Below are positions 12,501 through 27,269 of a stretch of 64,000 nucleotides of DNA, piece after piece. The translations under genes and the position numbers were made by a program. The first letter of the stretch is position 1. Each line of letters starts with the position of its first letter. The notes beneath the pieces were generated by a model that made no database searches, was not told the DNA's origin, and was given only the letters and a program-made list of their open reading frames with translations. The stretch comes from Pocillopora damicornis (lineage: Eukaryota): assembly GCF_003704095.1 (NCBI RefSeq), contig NW_020843834.1, positions 186,001 through 250,000 on the forward strand, read 5' to 3'.

Positions 12501-15500
12501 TTCAATTTCGTTATTCATCGAGTACAAAACGAGGTCCAATATTCAGAATCTTGTTATATGTTTTTATACAAATACAAATTTTTCTTTGAATACGACTATA
12601 TTTTTAACAAAAATTGCGCTAGAACTTTGATCATTTCGATCTATCGTCTTAGATTTAAAATGATACTTAAGGTTTTTCTGGTTTACTGCTGTTGATTCCG
12701 GATGCTAAACTTGTAACCTCGTGTGGAATATTCCGCATCTGAAGTTCATTAGAAATATGATACGTTTTTGACATGTTTATCACCATCGACAGTCTCGATG
12801 TATCATGCAAACGATCGCGAACAAGAGAAGATTTAAATGTGGCATTCAATCAGAAGCCAACTGAGTAATTTAGTAATGCAGTAATGCCCGAGAGAGATTA
12901 GTCCAAGAGTGAGAAAGAGGCGTTGTGAAAGAGCTTCGTAATAGAAGGCTTAACTTCTTTTGTCTAACAACCTGTTGTATTTTTTTATCGCTAATTCCAC
13001 GATGGACCAATAGAGTCCTATATATTTGCACATTATCGGCCAAATGAGGTTGTGGAATCGCGCAGATTGAATTTCTATGAGTTCCTGTCTGACCACCTTA
13101 CGCTTTCCTTCGCGCCGAGAACTGTTTATTGAGTGCTCATTGCAAGACAGAAATCTTGTAATCAAGATCGAGTTTACGAAAAAAAAAAAAAAAACACTTC
13201 AACACTCTGTCAAAATTTAAATTATTCAAAACTGAATATTATGATATCGATCGCAAATGTATGTATTACAAAGTAAAAACAGCCTTTTGTCATTTGCAGC
13301 AGATGAACGTAATTGACGAATCTCCGATGAAAACGAACGAGAGTGCGTCTACGCGAAGGGTGAGTCTCTCGTTTTAAGGTTAATTCAGTTTAGAGAAGCC
13401 GCCACCGGATGACGTTCTCATTAAACTGTAATGTTTTGCATTCTACATGAAGGATTACTGTAGGTATATTTGTTATTATTTTTTGGCCCTTTAGCGTGTT
13501 TTTGAAAAAAATTTGTCGCGTCGTTTGACACACGGATCGGTTATTACGCCTTCAATTCTGTTAGAATTATATTTTAACAGGTCAAAAAATATTGCACGTT
13601 GCGATGAGTTAGCAGTTTTTTTTCGAACCCAAAGAACTTAGATGTGATCTTTTAAGCGACAAGAAAACCACAAAAAAGGTCTTGTTTTGGAAAAAAAAGC
13701 TAAGGCCCTGCCTATGAATTGATAAATGTTTACTAAAACATGGAACGTTAATGGTGTTAGGGTATATTTCTTTCATAGCATTTGCACATTTAACATTAAG
13801 GAGTTTGACATTAAGCCCATCTTCGCCTTATCCCCTTCATTAACTGTAGTAAATGGGATCATTTTGTATAATTCCCCTGGTAGCTGTTGAAGAGAAATAA
13901 AAAGTTGCAAATATGATTTTTAAATTGTTTATAAGAGCAAGCGCTGATCTGAAGTCAATCCAGACGGTGCTGTTTTGGATGACTTGAAAATGCACAAATT
14001 AGTTACAGTTCGGCAGAAAAAGAGTATCATTATTGTAATTTCCTTTTTGGCGAGTTATGGTTACGTGTATCGCGAAATGTAACTGAGTAACGCGGTGCAA
14101 ATTCAGAAAAAAACGATTTCAGTTTCTTGGTTTCTCTTTCAAACACAAAATATTTCGATTACTCGTTGAATTTGAGACAGTTTGGTTAAAAGTGTACTGT
14201 TTAAAAAAGTGAAGAGAAGTTGCCCCCGTACTTTTTAAACATTTACTGCCATCTGCTTAAGCAAAGTAAACGCCAAAAAAAAAAACATAAAACATAAAAC
14301 AAAACAAACACTGTTAAAGGAAGCAAATTTTAAAGATAAAATTGACAAGGAGTCCTCTCTTAAAACGACAGGCTACTCTGCAAATGCACCAACGATTAGC
14401 GGGCTTTTGAGCCTATTGTGTTCTTCTACAGGACGAACTTTCTTAGTTATTACAGAGGAAATGTGAGATGTCTTACGGTGTTGAGGGAAAATAATGCCTC
14501 GGAGAATAAAAAGAAATAAAGAAATAACTTAAATAAACTTTTTCCACAAATCTATTTGGAAATTAATTGATGTCATGCTTTTCAGGTTGAGAGAAAACTT
14601 CGCAGAATGTAAAGGGAGAAATAAAAACATCAATGAAAATATGATTCAAAAGAGAAAACCCTCGAAAGACAAGAAGAGGCAAAAAAAAGGTTGGATTCAA
14701 GGTTCGCAACGATTTGAATTTGCCCACGTTTACACGTGACAAATTATGTCACCACGATTATGAATACCAAAACAGAGGAAACTCTAAACGGATTATGCAA
14801 CTTGCGCTATGTTTTCTTATCCACATTCCTTTTTAAAACTTTACGACGCTAGCTGAGAGAATCAAAGGTTGCGTTAAAATTCAAGTGATAGTAGGGATTA
14901 CTGTAACACTGCAGGCCACGACGGTGAACAAAAAAAATCTTAATTGCTCTCAGTGCAAATTTATAATTCATGCAATTTTTTTTTTCGCGTATCAAATTTT
15001 GTCGTGACGCAGGTGGGTAAAATTATTATCATTTCCCCTGAGAACTTCTCTGTCAGGAAAAGGACATGTAAACACAATATGGAATTCGTCTGCAATTTCA
15101 AGCGAGGAATAACGAATAATCCGGTCATTTTACGCGATTCAGTTCCGTTAATTAAGTTGATAAGCGGATAAAAATTTGAATACGAATTACCGGGATGATT
15201 TTGGATATGGTGATTGTCTGGTTGGATACTTTAAGCCAAGAGGCGAAAAAAGATGTACAAATGTGTTTAATTGTTCAAAATATGCAAAACAGAGAGATTT
15301 TGGTTTGTAAATTGGTCAGAGATACGTGATGTTTTTGACTCTCTGAATTAATATGGCGCAGGCGTATTTAAGAGACAATAACGTCTCAGTTGCCACAGAC
15401 GAGGTAAGAATCATGCCTTATAATCAGAACCCAAATCCACAAAAATGTACATTTTTTTTGCGGAAATTTCAATATATTTCTCAACTGGCTTGAGAACAAG

Positions 15501-18500
15501 GTATGTGAATTTAGAAGAGCTTCCGCTAAAGTTGTATTTAAGAAGACTTTTAGCGTTTGTTTCAAAATCATTCTTAAATCGAAATGCCTCTGGCCACTAG
15601 CCCCGAATCCTCCGAATTTAGCAACTTGATGCAAATTTTCAATTTCAAGACTCGTTACACGGTTCAAATACTTGCAAAGAATAAACCGGATCAGGACTTC
15701 ACCGGTTGAGCTGAATTTCGTTTGCGGAGTCGCGATGCGCGAGTATGCTTTTTTTAACTGAGTACTGAGACGCGTCTACTCAGTGTTTTACGCAACTTCA
15801 CACAATTACAGCGATTTGTAATAACGAGGATATGGTAACTGTTCGCCACTATTCTAGTCTATTCGTGTAAAACCTGATTATTATATGACATATATTTTCC
15901 TATTACAATCAAAACAAACACTTCGTATAGATTTAACGGGACGTGATATTAACGGAGATCTTGGAGTAAGATCTTGGAAAAAGCTACTTCTTAAGATATT
16001 ATTGCAGAAAATTTTAAAATTTTCGTATAGATGAAACTTCTGGTTTTGGAAATCTTTCCCATAAGAAAAAAAAACTTTCGAACAATTATTTGACATATTC
16101 AAAATTTCTCTATGTCATAAGTTTTTAAGAAGGACAAGAATTTCGGATTATAACGGCACCACTTTCAGGATTTATTATATCCATTTTGAAATCGCTGATC
16201 TATGCAATCTGATTGGCTCTCAGTAGTGCGATTTATTCACCAATCCACTCAGTTCATTGTAGAGATTGACAGCCAATATTGAATTTTACCAGAATGCCAC
16301 CGCATCAAATGCCAGAAGAGAACGTTCTTGTGGATATCGACCTGTAAAATGTATAGACTGTATAATGCGTAGGATTCAATAGTCGAATGTGTTTATTTTA
16401 AGGACTTTCCAGACGAAAACGGTCTCTAACGAGGCAATCCGTGACGTTATTACCAGACAGTCGGGTCTTTAAATGACGTCAATGCGTCACAGGTCGTCCT
16501 ACGTTCGAAGTATTGTCGCCAATTCAATATATGATTTCAATAAGGACTTTAATTTCAAACTCCCTTTTTTAAAAATAGTGTCAGAATACTGACAAGTTTC
16601 GGTGTCCTGATAAGAAATTTTTCATTCAAGAAGCACCCTTTCACGACGCGACAGGATGTGTGGATAGAAACGGTTTGTGAGCATGTTTACTTTAATTTTT
16701 GTAATATGTTATCTACCTATAAATGCCTAGTTAGGCTGTAAAGTCTTTTATATGGATTAAATATATCCATTTCTGAATATATATGTCCACTCTGTGAAGG
16801 CACTGCGTGATTTTTCCCAAACTTTCCGTCGCCAAAGAGGGCCTAAACATTTTTGGCCTCTTAAATAGCACTTAAAAAGTAGAGTTGAAGGCCAAAAAGC
16901 AAACGATTGAAGAGCAAAGATGAAGTTTTGAAAATTGGGAGGACTGAAAGTTTATTCCCGTTACATCACAGTAGTGAAATATTTTTACCTCGATTATTTG
17001 CGCCAATACTTGTATTTAAAGTGACTGGGGAGGTTTAAAATTTAAAGGTAAAGCCTCTGAATCCGAAATTCTGCTCATTCGATGTGACTTTCAATCCTGT
17101 TTCTTAAAAGATGTGTAACGCCCCCGTTTGTCTCTTTCACGATAATTTTAGTGCTGAGATGGCTACTTCTGTGGGCTGTATTTAAATCAAGACTGTATTT
17201 CAATTAAACTAAACGGCTGCAATGCATGCGAAACTTGGATTAAAAGTCTTTTTTATCCTCATTTCCAATTGCCAAGGGAAAAGAAAAGAAAAACTTTTAT
17301 TAATATGTATGTAAAATATGTCCTTCAGAATGCATCAAAATAGCCATTTACGTCACCCTTGATCTTTGGGAGTGAAATTTCCTGACAATACGTAAGCCAT
17401 GGACGTCAATGAAAGTTAAAACAGAATTATACCACAGATATCTATTTTTATCCCCCCTCCTGAAAATTAAGTATATCAGTTTTCAACTAACCGAGTTTCG
17501 AAGTTCTAAGGTCCTTGATTGCATATGCCGCCATTTTGAAAACAAATCAGTCCCCTGAGAACACACACGCCAAAATGAGGGAATCACATCGCCACTCACA
17601 AACTATAGTATCAAAACAAAAATACAAATGATAAATAGATAAATAAATACCTACATATTTGTATTAAAACAAGAAAATCATTATTTGAGTCGAGAATGGC
17701 TTTATCATTAAGGCCTAGTTGCTCGTACAGGTTTCCAAGAAATAGAAACACGCGGAAAGAAAGAAAGACAAGTGTATAGGTTGCCTGGCAACATTCAACT
17801 TAAAGCAGTGAAGAGATGAATATTATATGGCTTGTGGTTTGACACTTTCCTATTTTCTTCTGAGGAAACATAAATCTCAGAAGAAAAAGTGATGTCGCCA
17901 TAAGGTCACAAAGGCTCTAAAGTAAAGACTTGTATAGTTTGGAAAAATTCACGTGTGGTAATAGTTGAAATATTTATTCCAGAACTCTTGTCCAGCGGTT
18001 TATCGATTTGGGAAGATAATGTCAGTCTTTAAATCGTGAAACTAGCTAAAGCAAGGGTGCTAAGCAGGTGATCTTCAATATAATGTTGTTTTAAAAGGAG
18101 GGACAAGCAGGACGATAAAAGGGAAGTATCAGTTTTCGGAAGTAAAATTTAGACACAGAGAAGGGGATTGTAAGCTCTCATTCATTAGGTTTGTAACTAG
18201 TTTTCTACTTTCTGTTCCATTGGTGACACGTTCACTCGTGCCCTTGAATAAGTTGTCAATGCCCACCCAAATACCGTAGTTTTAAAGAGAGGTACGTTGA
18301 AATTGATTTAAAATTCTACCAAGTGAACTAAAAGGTTCAATAATTCAAGATCAAGAGGATAGCTTTGCCTGATAACAAAAGTAATTTATCTCTTTAACTT
18401 TTCTGTCTGCGATCATTGATGGCTGTTCGGTTAATGGAAATGCTATCCGCCTGTCATTATGAAATTTAAATTTTTTAAAAAGCACGTACACAATTATTTT

Positions 18501-21500
18501 TTTATTGTAAATTTGAGGTCTTCTTTAACTTTTACACTTTTATCCCTTACAACAGGAGGTAATTCATACAAGTTTATGTTCGAATATTTCACCGTCAAAA
18601 TAACGATATTTAAATGGACTTTTCTTTTCGCGAGATAATGGGAAGTAAATACCCTGAAGCTTTTAAATTTTTGTGCATTTGCACATCAATGCCATTTAAT
18701 TTTTCTCACGGAAACTTTTACAGAGCAAAATGAGAACTGATAGACAATATACAAATATCTTAACGGCATATTCTATCTATGAATTGAGACAGGTCTCCTA
18801 GATTTCTTTTGTTCGATTTTATTACTGGCCATTAGCAAATGGTGGATAAACAGAAGAAAAAAAAACCTGAAAAGCTTTATTTTTCTTTCCGCATTAGCCA
18901 ATATTGCTAATGAGTCCTGATATAATCCATTAAATATCTGAGCCCTCGGACAACCAATAAGAAGCCCGCACATAACGATAAACACTTTAGGGGAATAAGC
19001 AGCGTTTATGACATGCAAAATGTAATATGACTTTTAGTTGGCTTTTTCAGAAGCCATCTTGACTGAGCTCAGAAAAAGCCCGCGGTCTTAGCCGTAAAAA
19101 ATGCTATCGTTGCAGAAATGTCATCTTTCCCATACTTTGATTCTCGAGATCTCTCTAATAACATTCGTAATAAATGGCGGATCCCTTTGAACATAACAGC
19201 TAATCTTACGCGCGTGCAATTGTACAAAACACGCCCGAAAACTTGTTCACGTAAAGGTTTCAGAGTAGAATGGAAATTCAAATTTTTGAGGACTCAACGA
19301 TCTCCTAATAGGAGGGATTTTCATGCATTAAATAACCGAGGTGATCGCATAGTTAATCAAATCTTTTCAGCGAAATAAGACATTTAATGCTCTTACTGTT
19401 CCGTCATTCCTTCAGGGTTTTAGATTTTAAGAGAAAAAACGTTGTTTGGTCTATACGCCATTTTTCTTTTGTTCTTAGTTTCCTTGCAGATGGTTTCAAC
19501 GTCTTACTTTCAGGAAAAAAATTTGAATAATCCTAAAAAATTGAGCTGTATCAAGCACGCACAAACATATACATATATGGAAATGAATTTGATATCAGAG
19601 CTCTAGTTATAAGACAAACTTTTACGACGAATAACTCCACGTCTCCATGGAAACACCAAAGAAAGTTGTGTTTTGGACCCTGCTGTGTCTTTTCGTATTT
19701 CATCATGATAAGTCGCAGATACAAGCACAAACTTAAAAACTCTAAAGCATTCTCTGTGGGATTTCAACTGATTCTTTTTTTCTCGTTATAACGTGATCAG
19801 TTTGTACAGGCTATGCCGTAATTATCTTCTGGAATTATGAAAGGAAGACGTTTTCGGTCAAACGCGGTATATGATAGATTAATCAATCTCATTTTTTAAA
19901 CAATTCCTGTGTCTTCTCCTCATTTATAGCCAAGATCAAAACATCAAAGTATGCCGCTAGTTTATTGATGTGGTCAACTGTTGCATATTCTAATTACTAG
20001 CGGTACGGGAAGTTCTCAGTCAGAACGGGAAAAAGTTAAATTAGGGTCAAGATTCTGATTTATATTCCACAATTTTGTTTGAAGAGAGCTTCGCTGAGTA
20101 GAACTGGTCGATTGATCTCAACTTAACAGAGCTAGAAAAACTGCCCTATCTTCATAAAAGTCGTTACGTCCATCTTGCTCGATGGTTTAACTAAAAATAC
20201 GAGCAATGTGCAAAATCTCCACTTTTATTTAACAAATAGAGAAGCCTTGGCTGTGCTCTCTTCTGTTGTAAAGCACACAGGAAGCGGTTCGAGCACGAAA
20301 GAAGTGTAGAGAGAAACACGAGACGTAGTCATCAAGATTGTTTTGTTTTGTTTGTGAACACGAAACTATATATACTACACGAGTGTTGGCCGAGTGTTTC
20401 ACTTTTAATTAATGAAAAAAAGCTAGAGAGAGGTCTGGGAAATGGTCGATCACAGCACAATTAGGCAGTTAGGGTGACGGCTTTAGCTGTCTTGCCCTAT
20501 GTTCTATACTCAGATAGAGCACGTTGTTTCAACCGATGACAGGGCGCGTTATATCCGAACTTTATTATAACATAAGTTGAGCCATGCAAAATGGGATTCA
20601 TTATGCCATTTTGATTCTACTTTTACCTTTTCGGGTTATGGTTTCTGAAATATATAATCCCACGGCATTCTTGGAGAATCATATCAATTGCAGAAGGCGT
20701 GCGCGAAGGAGGAACCAACACAAGCGAAAAATGTCCTTTGTGACAAACAAGGAATCAAAGACACAAAAATATCTGTTTTATTCAAAAGTCCATCGCAGAA
20801 AAGCCCAAAGGAAAACTTGAAGAAATCAACGTTTAAATCGTTCCGTGAGGTCATGTTATCGGTTTTTTTCCGTTCGTACTTTTTGCCTTGTTATACCGTA
20901 TAACACCATAACATTTTGCGTTTCCTGTTGCCCTTATATAATAAAATAGCATGATGATGGCATTATGAAGTAGTTTACATATCCTTCCTGTTGATAATCA
21001 GCTCAGTTCCTCGATTATCCGCCGACGCAACTAAACAGGTCCTTCAGTTAATAACTCTGCCAATTTGTTAAAAGCTTTTAGCGCGTATCCTACCTCATAG
21101 TTGTGGCGACCGTGCAACTGTCACAGTCAAGGTGAAGAAATCCTACTGTGAACATCATATACCGATATGCCAAATTGTTTGAGCATGCGTGGTATTACTT
21201 CTGAAGATTTGTTTTGGCTTTTTGATTGGTTATTTCGCCAATGATTTTCAAAAATCGTGTGGCGTGATAATTGTTGACTTTTTGTGGTGTCTGTAATAAC
21301 GGAGTTGCAATTTTTATCTCATCTGTATTTAAAAAACCATGGTGTGCTATAAAGCTTATTAAGGCAGCTGCCGAGACTTTTAAACTAAATGACTTTTTAT
21401 CTCTGGCTGAGGCAAAATGTGAAAAAAGGTGACCTTCACAGGAAAAACTGAGACTGTGCCTAGCTTTGTGTCATGTGGAGGAAAATTTCTTGTGTCTGGT

Positions 21501-21766
21501 AAAAACCTGATTTTCAAATTTGTCCGTAAAATATCTTTTAGAATGTTGCAACATTGCAGCGATGAACTGTGGTGGAAGCGTATTCCACTCTTTTCAAAAT
21601 TGTTGGAAAAACTCGTGAGAAAGGCCACTTTAATTTGCTGGGCTCACACAATCAAGCTTGGCCCTTGGTATCAACAGAGTTAGGACACAGTTTGTTTTGT
21701 TGAACATGTCTGGCTAGATTTTTTAGGTTATCTTTTGGCAATCCAAGCTAGTTTTCTCCATTCGTA

Positions 21767-22060
21767 GCCATCCTCGTTCTTTCTCGATTTATTCGTACCA
21801 TTTTGTCGCATTCTACCTTCCCAATCGAACTCGGTTGTTCTTCTCCCTTTTAAGGTGCATAGAATTTTCCTGTTGCAGTCAGTCTTGACGGCTCAAATCA
21901 TCGCGATTCTTAACACAAAGCCATCTTCGTTCTTTCTTGATTTACTAATTATCATTTGTTTTGTTCTTTCTTCTCAATCTAACATTTTGTAGTTCCTCTT
22001 CCTTTGACGGTAATATTTCTTGTCGCAGTAAGAATGGACGGCTCAAATCAGCGCGATTTA
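21767..22060. repeat. Diverged ~150-bp tandem duplication
   Basis: gccatcYtcgttctttctYgattta...gcagt...gacggctcaaatcaKcgcgatt at about 21767-21910 and 21920-22060. Confidence 0.8.
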
Positions 22061-24782
22061 GCTCCTTCATCGCGTAAGGAGTCTAAGAGATCGAACATTT
22101 GCAGCCTGACTGTTTAAATATTTGAATTGTGTAACTGTTTAAACTGACATTCAACTTTAAACATCCCTCAAATCAAGAGAAGAGCAAATGAATCGAAAGC
22201 AAATAACCAAAAATAAGCCGAGAAACAAATAAGCAGTCCTTAGCTGTGAGGCTCAGTGTTATGTCATAAGGCAACGATTTACATGTTGGGAAATGTTGTG
22301 CTGGCGATATAATCTTGCATTATGGTTGGACAACACGCAAAGTTCGGTCAAAAAACATAATTTATATCCTTGATCTGCAACTTCCATAATTCCTAACTAA
22401 TTCCGTGTTCTTTTTGACCCCTAAATCGCCAACAAAAACATTTACCAAGGCACCAAGAGACAGATTACAAAAACAAAACAGGACACGGCTTTAAGAACGG
22501 CCGCTACTGATATCAAAGTTTGAAAACAAAACTGAGGCCCTGATCGACCTACTTAGCATGACATTTGTTGCACTTTTTTCCATTTTATCCAATATTTCTT
22601 GATTTTATTCATGTAAAATTAATTATATCTCACCGAAGAGGTGAAAAGTTTGTCACCTTTTCGGAATTAGATATGTTTTCCTTTTTTCCAACTATATTTA
22701 TTTGCGGCATATCTAAAAGAAGCGACAGCGAAATATAATTAAAACGGCGGAAATGGAGGACACCCTTCGAAGGAAAACCGGAATTGGAGATGCTTTAATT
22801 CGATACAAGTGAGAAAAATTATTTAAAATAAAAGCTGAAAAACAGTTTTTGACAGGGTGCCTCGGCCATTGTCAAGTGTGTTTTTCCGTCAGAACTTTAA
22901 TCGAGGTGACGAGTGAGGAAGAGAAAATCCATCGAGCTGAGTGAGTCAGGTCATGTAGTGTACCACAAACGTAATTTTATTTGCTTCATTAAGATCCCGC
23001 CTAGTTAATTGAAAGTATACATGGGGCCAAGTTATTGAAATTGAGGGATTTAATTTCAGATTTGCTTCGAGTTGAAGATGTCATCGCACCAAGTGTTTCA
23101 CTATTACAACGACTTTTTTCGTTTAATCGGCAATCTTCAAAAAAATCCCTTCTTCTGAGAGTTAGAGGGGTGAAAATTCACCAGAAATAAAAAAAAGATG
23201 ATTAAAAAAGACATTACAACGGAAGAAAGGAAGAGAAAAGAAATTCAACAAATTCAGTTTGGAGTTTTGTTCCTACAGTTCTAGCAGTCTCACATCTTGA
23301 ATGAGTTCTTCTCTATAGTCTTCGCCGAGTGCTGTCATCCGAAAATCCACCATATTTTTTTGATCAATTAATTGTTTGATAGATGTGTAATGGCGTCCAC
23401 AGAGCTATAAGTAAAGAGCTTCATTGCAGAAACATATTGTTTGATTTCAAAATAAAACGAAGCGAAACATGAATGTAAAAATTTGCTTTGCATTTCGACC
23501 GTAACTTTCCTAGTGTGCTCAAAGGCAAATTAACTCACTCTCTTTTCTTTCATTCTTGATGTTTTGTAAACGACAAAGAAAAAAAAACTCTAAAAATTTT
23601 TTATATTTTATCATGTTTATTCATATTCATGCCAAGTACATGTATTGCACCTTCTGAAAATGTATTGTCTTTATGGCTTTGCTAATGAAATTTTAATTTA
23701 AAATGAGTCGCTCACGCTGGAAATTCTCAACGGAATCGGAAACGACCAAAAACTCCTGGAGTTTCTTTTATAACTGCTAGCATCGGGAGGCGATTAGACC
23801 GTCGTATGCAAATAAGTCCGGAGTATCGTAAACTTTGTTTAGTGCTTTTATTGCCGCAACGACGAGCACCTTAATTTCACTTAAGAGGTGACAAAACCGC
23901 ACTACATTAGCACAATCCTTAAAGTTAAAAGCGTTTTTGAAACATAACATGAATTGTGACAAAATGCTCTTTGTGATCTATATTATGGAGAACGTTTTGT
24001 TGAAATTGAATTGAAAAAGAAATCTGTCATGGATAAATTCAGCTTTCTGTCAAGTCTCTGCAGACTGTGTCGCATGTGGAAAAAAATTTAAAAGAGATCA
24101 AAAAAGTCGCTTTTTTTTCTTTGTTATGTATTTATCTTTCTATTATGTCAAGAGACATTGGGATTATTTTGAAAAACAGAAATAACATAACAGCGTACAT
24201 AGAGAAAACAATTCATAAATTTAAGACATTCAATGCCCCGTTCATAATTAGTGGTTTTATCACTGTGTTTTTAGAAAATTGCCTGACACACATTTTAGCA
24301 TGATAACAAGTTATCATCAAAATTCAATTCTACTCACTCGAATACAATATTTTGCTCAATCTCTTATCTGCAGGTCCACTGCGGCGAGCTTATTAGGAGG
24401 GCGTAAAAGCCAAGTTGGCGATTAGCAGAACCAATGAAATACTCTGTCAAAAAAGAAAGGAGACGTCTTTCTGTTCGAAGCTAAACATATGGTAATTTTA
24501 AAGTTTTTGTTGTACTGTTTTCGAATCAATCGTTTTTGTAATCGAACACGTGGCCGCCTTTTATCTCAAAGATCACAGAGAAGCTTGTTTGAAGAGGACT
24601 CGGTCTCGTAAACAGCACGTTCGAAACTGTGATCCAACTGAACAGGTCATAACACTGCTCTTGAAAAAAAAAACAAACAGTGCATTTCAAGAAGAACTCC
24701 GACGCTGGAAGTAACTACGACATGATTTTAAACTGGCTTTAACTAAGACAAACGTTGATGATCTTGGTGTGGAAATCCATCA

Positions 24783-25942
24783 ATGTTTCACACAAGCGTT
24801 TCGGGTGCATTATATAAGAAACATCGTATCTCTAACAATAACAAAAACCAGCGAAAATCAATTTCCGATTATCCCAGAACTTCTATTGGGTCTACAAACG
24901 ACCGGCGGGTGAAAGGGTCATTTGCTTCTACCAACGACAGGCGTTTGACGATCAACGTGAGTGGAATTAAGTTCCAAACGTGGCAAAGTACACTGTTGCG
25001 CTTTCCTGACTCTCTGTTAGGAAGCATCGATACGATGCAGCAATTCTACGACGCGCGACGGAAGGAGTATTTTCTTGATCGAGACCCATATCTGTTCAAG
25101 TTTGTACTGAATTACTACCGTTACGGCAAGCTTCATTGCTCGCAAGAAGACTGTCCCGCGGCTTTCGAGGAGGAATTGCAATTTTACGGGTTTTCAATTT
25201 ACGATGTAAACAATTGCTGCTGGGATCATTGCAGTCCAAAAGAGAAAGGAGTTCTCGTCGAAGGCGACAATGACGAACTTAAGGGGGAATATTTAAATTG
25301 CAACGGCAATTTATGCGACTTACATTGCGAACCAAAACTCACTCTTAAGCAGAAGATTTGGCGAACCATAGGCCCTTCGAAGACGACTAATACTGGAGTG
25401 ATATTCCACATAATTTACGGGTTTTTCATATTTGTAAGTGTTTTAATAGCTTCATTGGAGACACTGCGTTGCGGGGAAACATCGACGTGCGGAGAGGAAC
25501 ACCACCAAATATTCTTCACCATTGAGTCAATATGTGTCATCATTTTCACAGCTGAGCTCTTGATTAGGTTCTACGTTTGTCCGCAAAAGAAGAAATTTAT
25601 GTTAGACGCAATGAACGTAATCGATTTATTAGCAATAGTTCCTTACTATTTAACTCTGGTAGTGGAAAGTTTTGGTGGGGAGACAAGTTTTCTGCAGATA
25701 CTTAAGGTGTTAAGAGTGATTCGTATTCTGAAACTCACCCGGAACTCTCGAAGACTTCGGTGCCTTTTGTTGACTTTACGGCGATGTGCTGTCGACATCG
25801 TCTTCCTCTACTGCATCTGTTTCTTGGCGATAATCTTATTTGGAACAGCGATTTATTATTTAGAACTCGCGGAGGGGGATCCGCAGTTTTCAAGTATTCC
25901 AGAATCATTTTGGTACATCTGTGTCACTCTCATGACTGTGGG
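24783..25942 (+). CDS. Shal: Shal/Kv4-family K+ channel subunit, gene 2, coding exon 1; spliced product about 481 aa
   Basis: T1 (INVSGIKF...FLDRDPYLFKFVLNYYR; H-CSQED-C-x20-CC), S1-S5, S4 LKVLRVIRILKLTRN, pore IPESFWYICVTLMTVG; donor GG|GTAAGG (intron 25943-27531). Confidence 0.95.
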
Positions 25943-27269
25943 GTAAGGATCATTTGTTTATATAATTTTTTTGCGATCGAAGTATCGCAATTTATGTTTA
26001 AATGTAAAATTTGTGTTAGTTATTCTTATTACTGTAAAGAGCTTTTATTATCACCAGAGGATTACTCTCACTCTCGTTAAATCAAAATTTCAAAATTTTT
26101 CTACCTTACAATTCTGAACAAAAATTGACGCAAACCATGAACGGTTTTTAAATTTGGATCCTCAAGTATTGGGACCAAAGCTGTGACAATTTAAAGAGAT
26201 CCATTGATCGCATTTAGCTTTCTCTCGATCTTGAAAAAAATCACACCTAGAAGTAAGGTATTTGGGCGGTTTCTTGCCGTTTCGATTAATTATGCGTGGG
26301 TACGTAAATTAAAAAACCAATCTGTGGTTTTTTGGTCCGCTTATTCCAGAATAACATGAAAGCGATACAAAATTGATCTAACACTCAATTTTTTAATTTT
26401 CTTACGGTAAAAAATGAAGGGAAAGTTTGGCAATAACTATGAATATACTCGAAGCTCGAGATTTCAATTAGTATTAAGTGTCTTTTGTGTACGCAAATCG
26501 CCCTAAAATCCACAGCACTTCTCGAGGTTTATTGAACTTTACAATAAAATAAGCCTTGCTGAGAACGATATTTTCAAAATTGCAATTGAGTGTCTCCAGC
26601 TGCTAGGCAAAGTATTATTTGTATTAAAGCTCTTTGTATAAGAACTAAAACCTTGCGGTATTTGCTGACAATTTCAATGATTCAAGCGAGAAAAGACAAT
26701 GCCTTTAATTTTCACCGTCGACCGACTTAAAAAGATACTTTGTATTGCCAGCTTTCAGCCGGCTCAATGGCTAATTTAGCTCCAGGGTTAAATGGACTCC
26801 ACACTGACTCTTGAATTCTAGCGTTGTGTGAAAACAGTCTGTAGGGCCAGTAGCTAACTTCGTCGCAAAATGAAGAATTACATTATTACAGGCAAAGAGG
26901 TGAAAGGGATGAACAGGAAAACGAAACGATCTCACAAAGGCAAAAAAGGGAAAGATTAATCGGCGACTCTAGGAAAAGAAATTAAAAACTGAAAAAACTA
27001 AATTGAGAGTAAAACATAGTGAAGATCTAGAGTTAGATTGCTGGATATCTAATTCTCATTAGAGCGTCAAATTTATTTGATTGCAAATATCCTGAGGGAA
27101 CCTTCGAGCTAATCTTAAATCATCTTAAATTTTCATTCTATATAAATACCGCTCAAACACGTAGAAATCAATGCTTTAATGACTGCGATAACTAATTTTC
27201 ACACGCAAAAATCATACGCAGAATTCAATACTCAGGTTACCACGATAACTAATTTTCATTGGTTGGATC

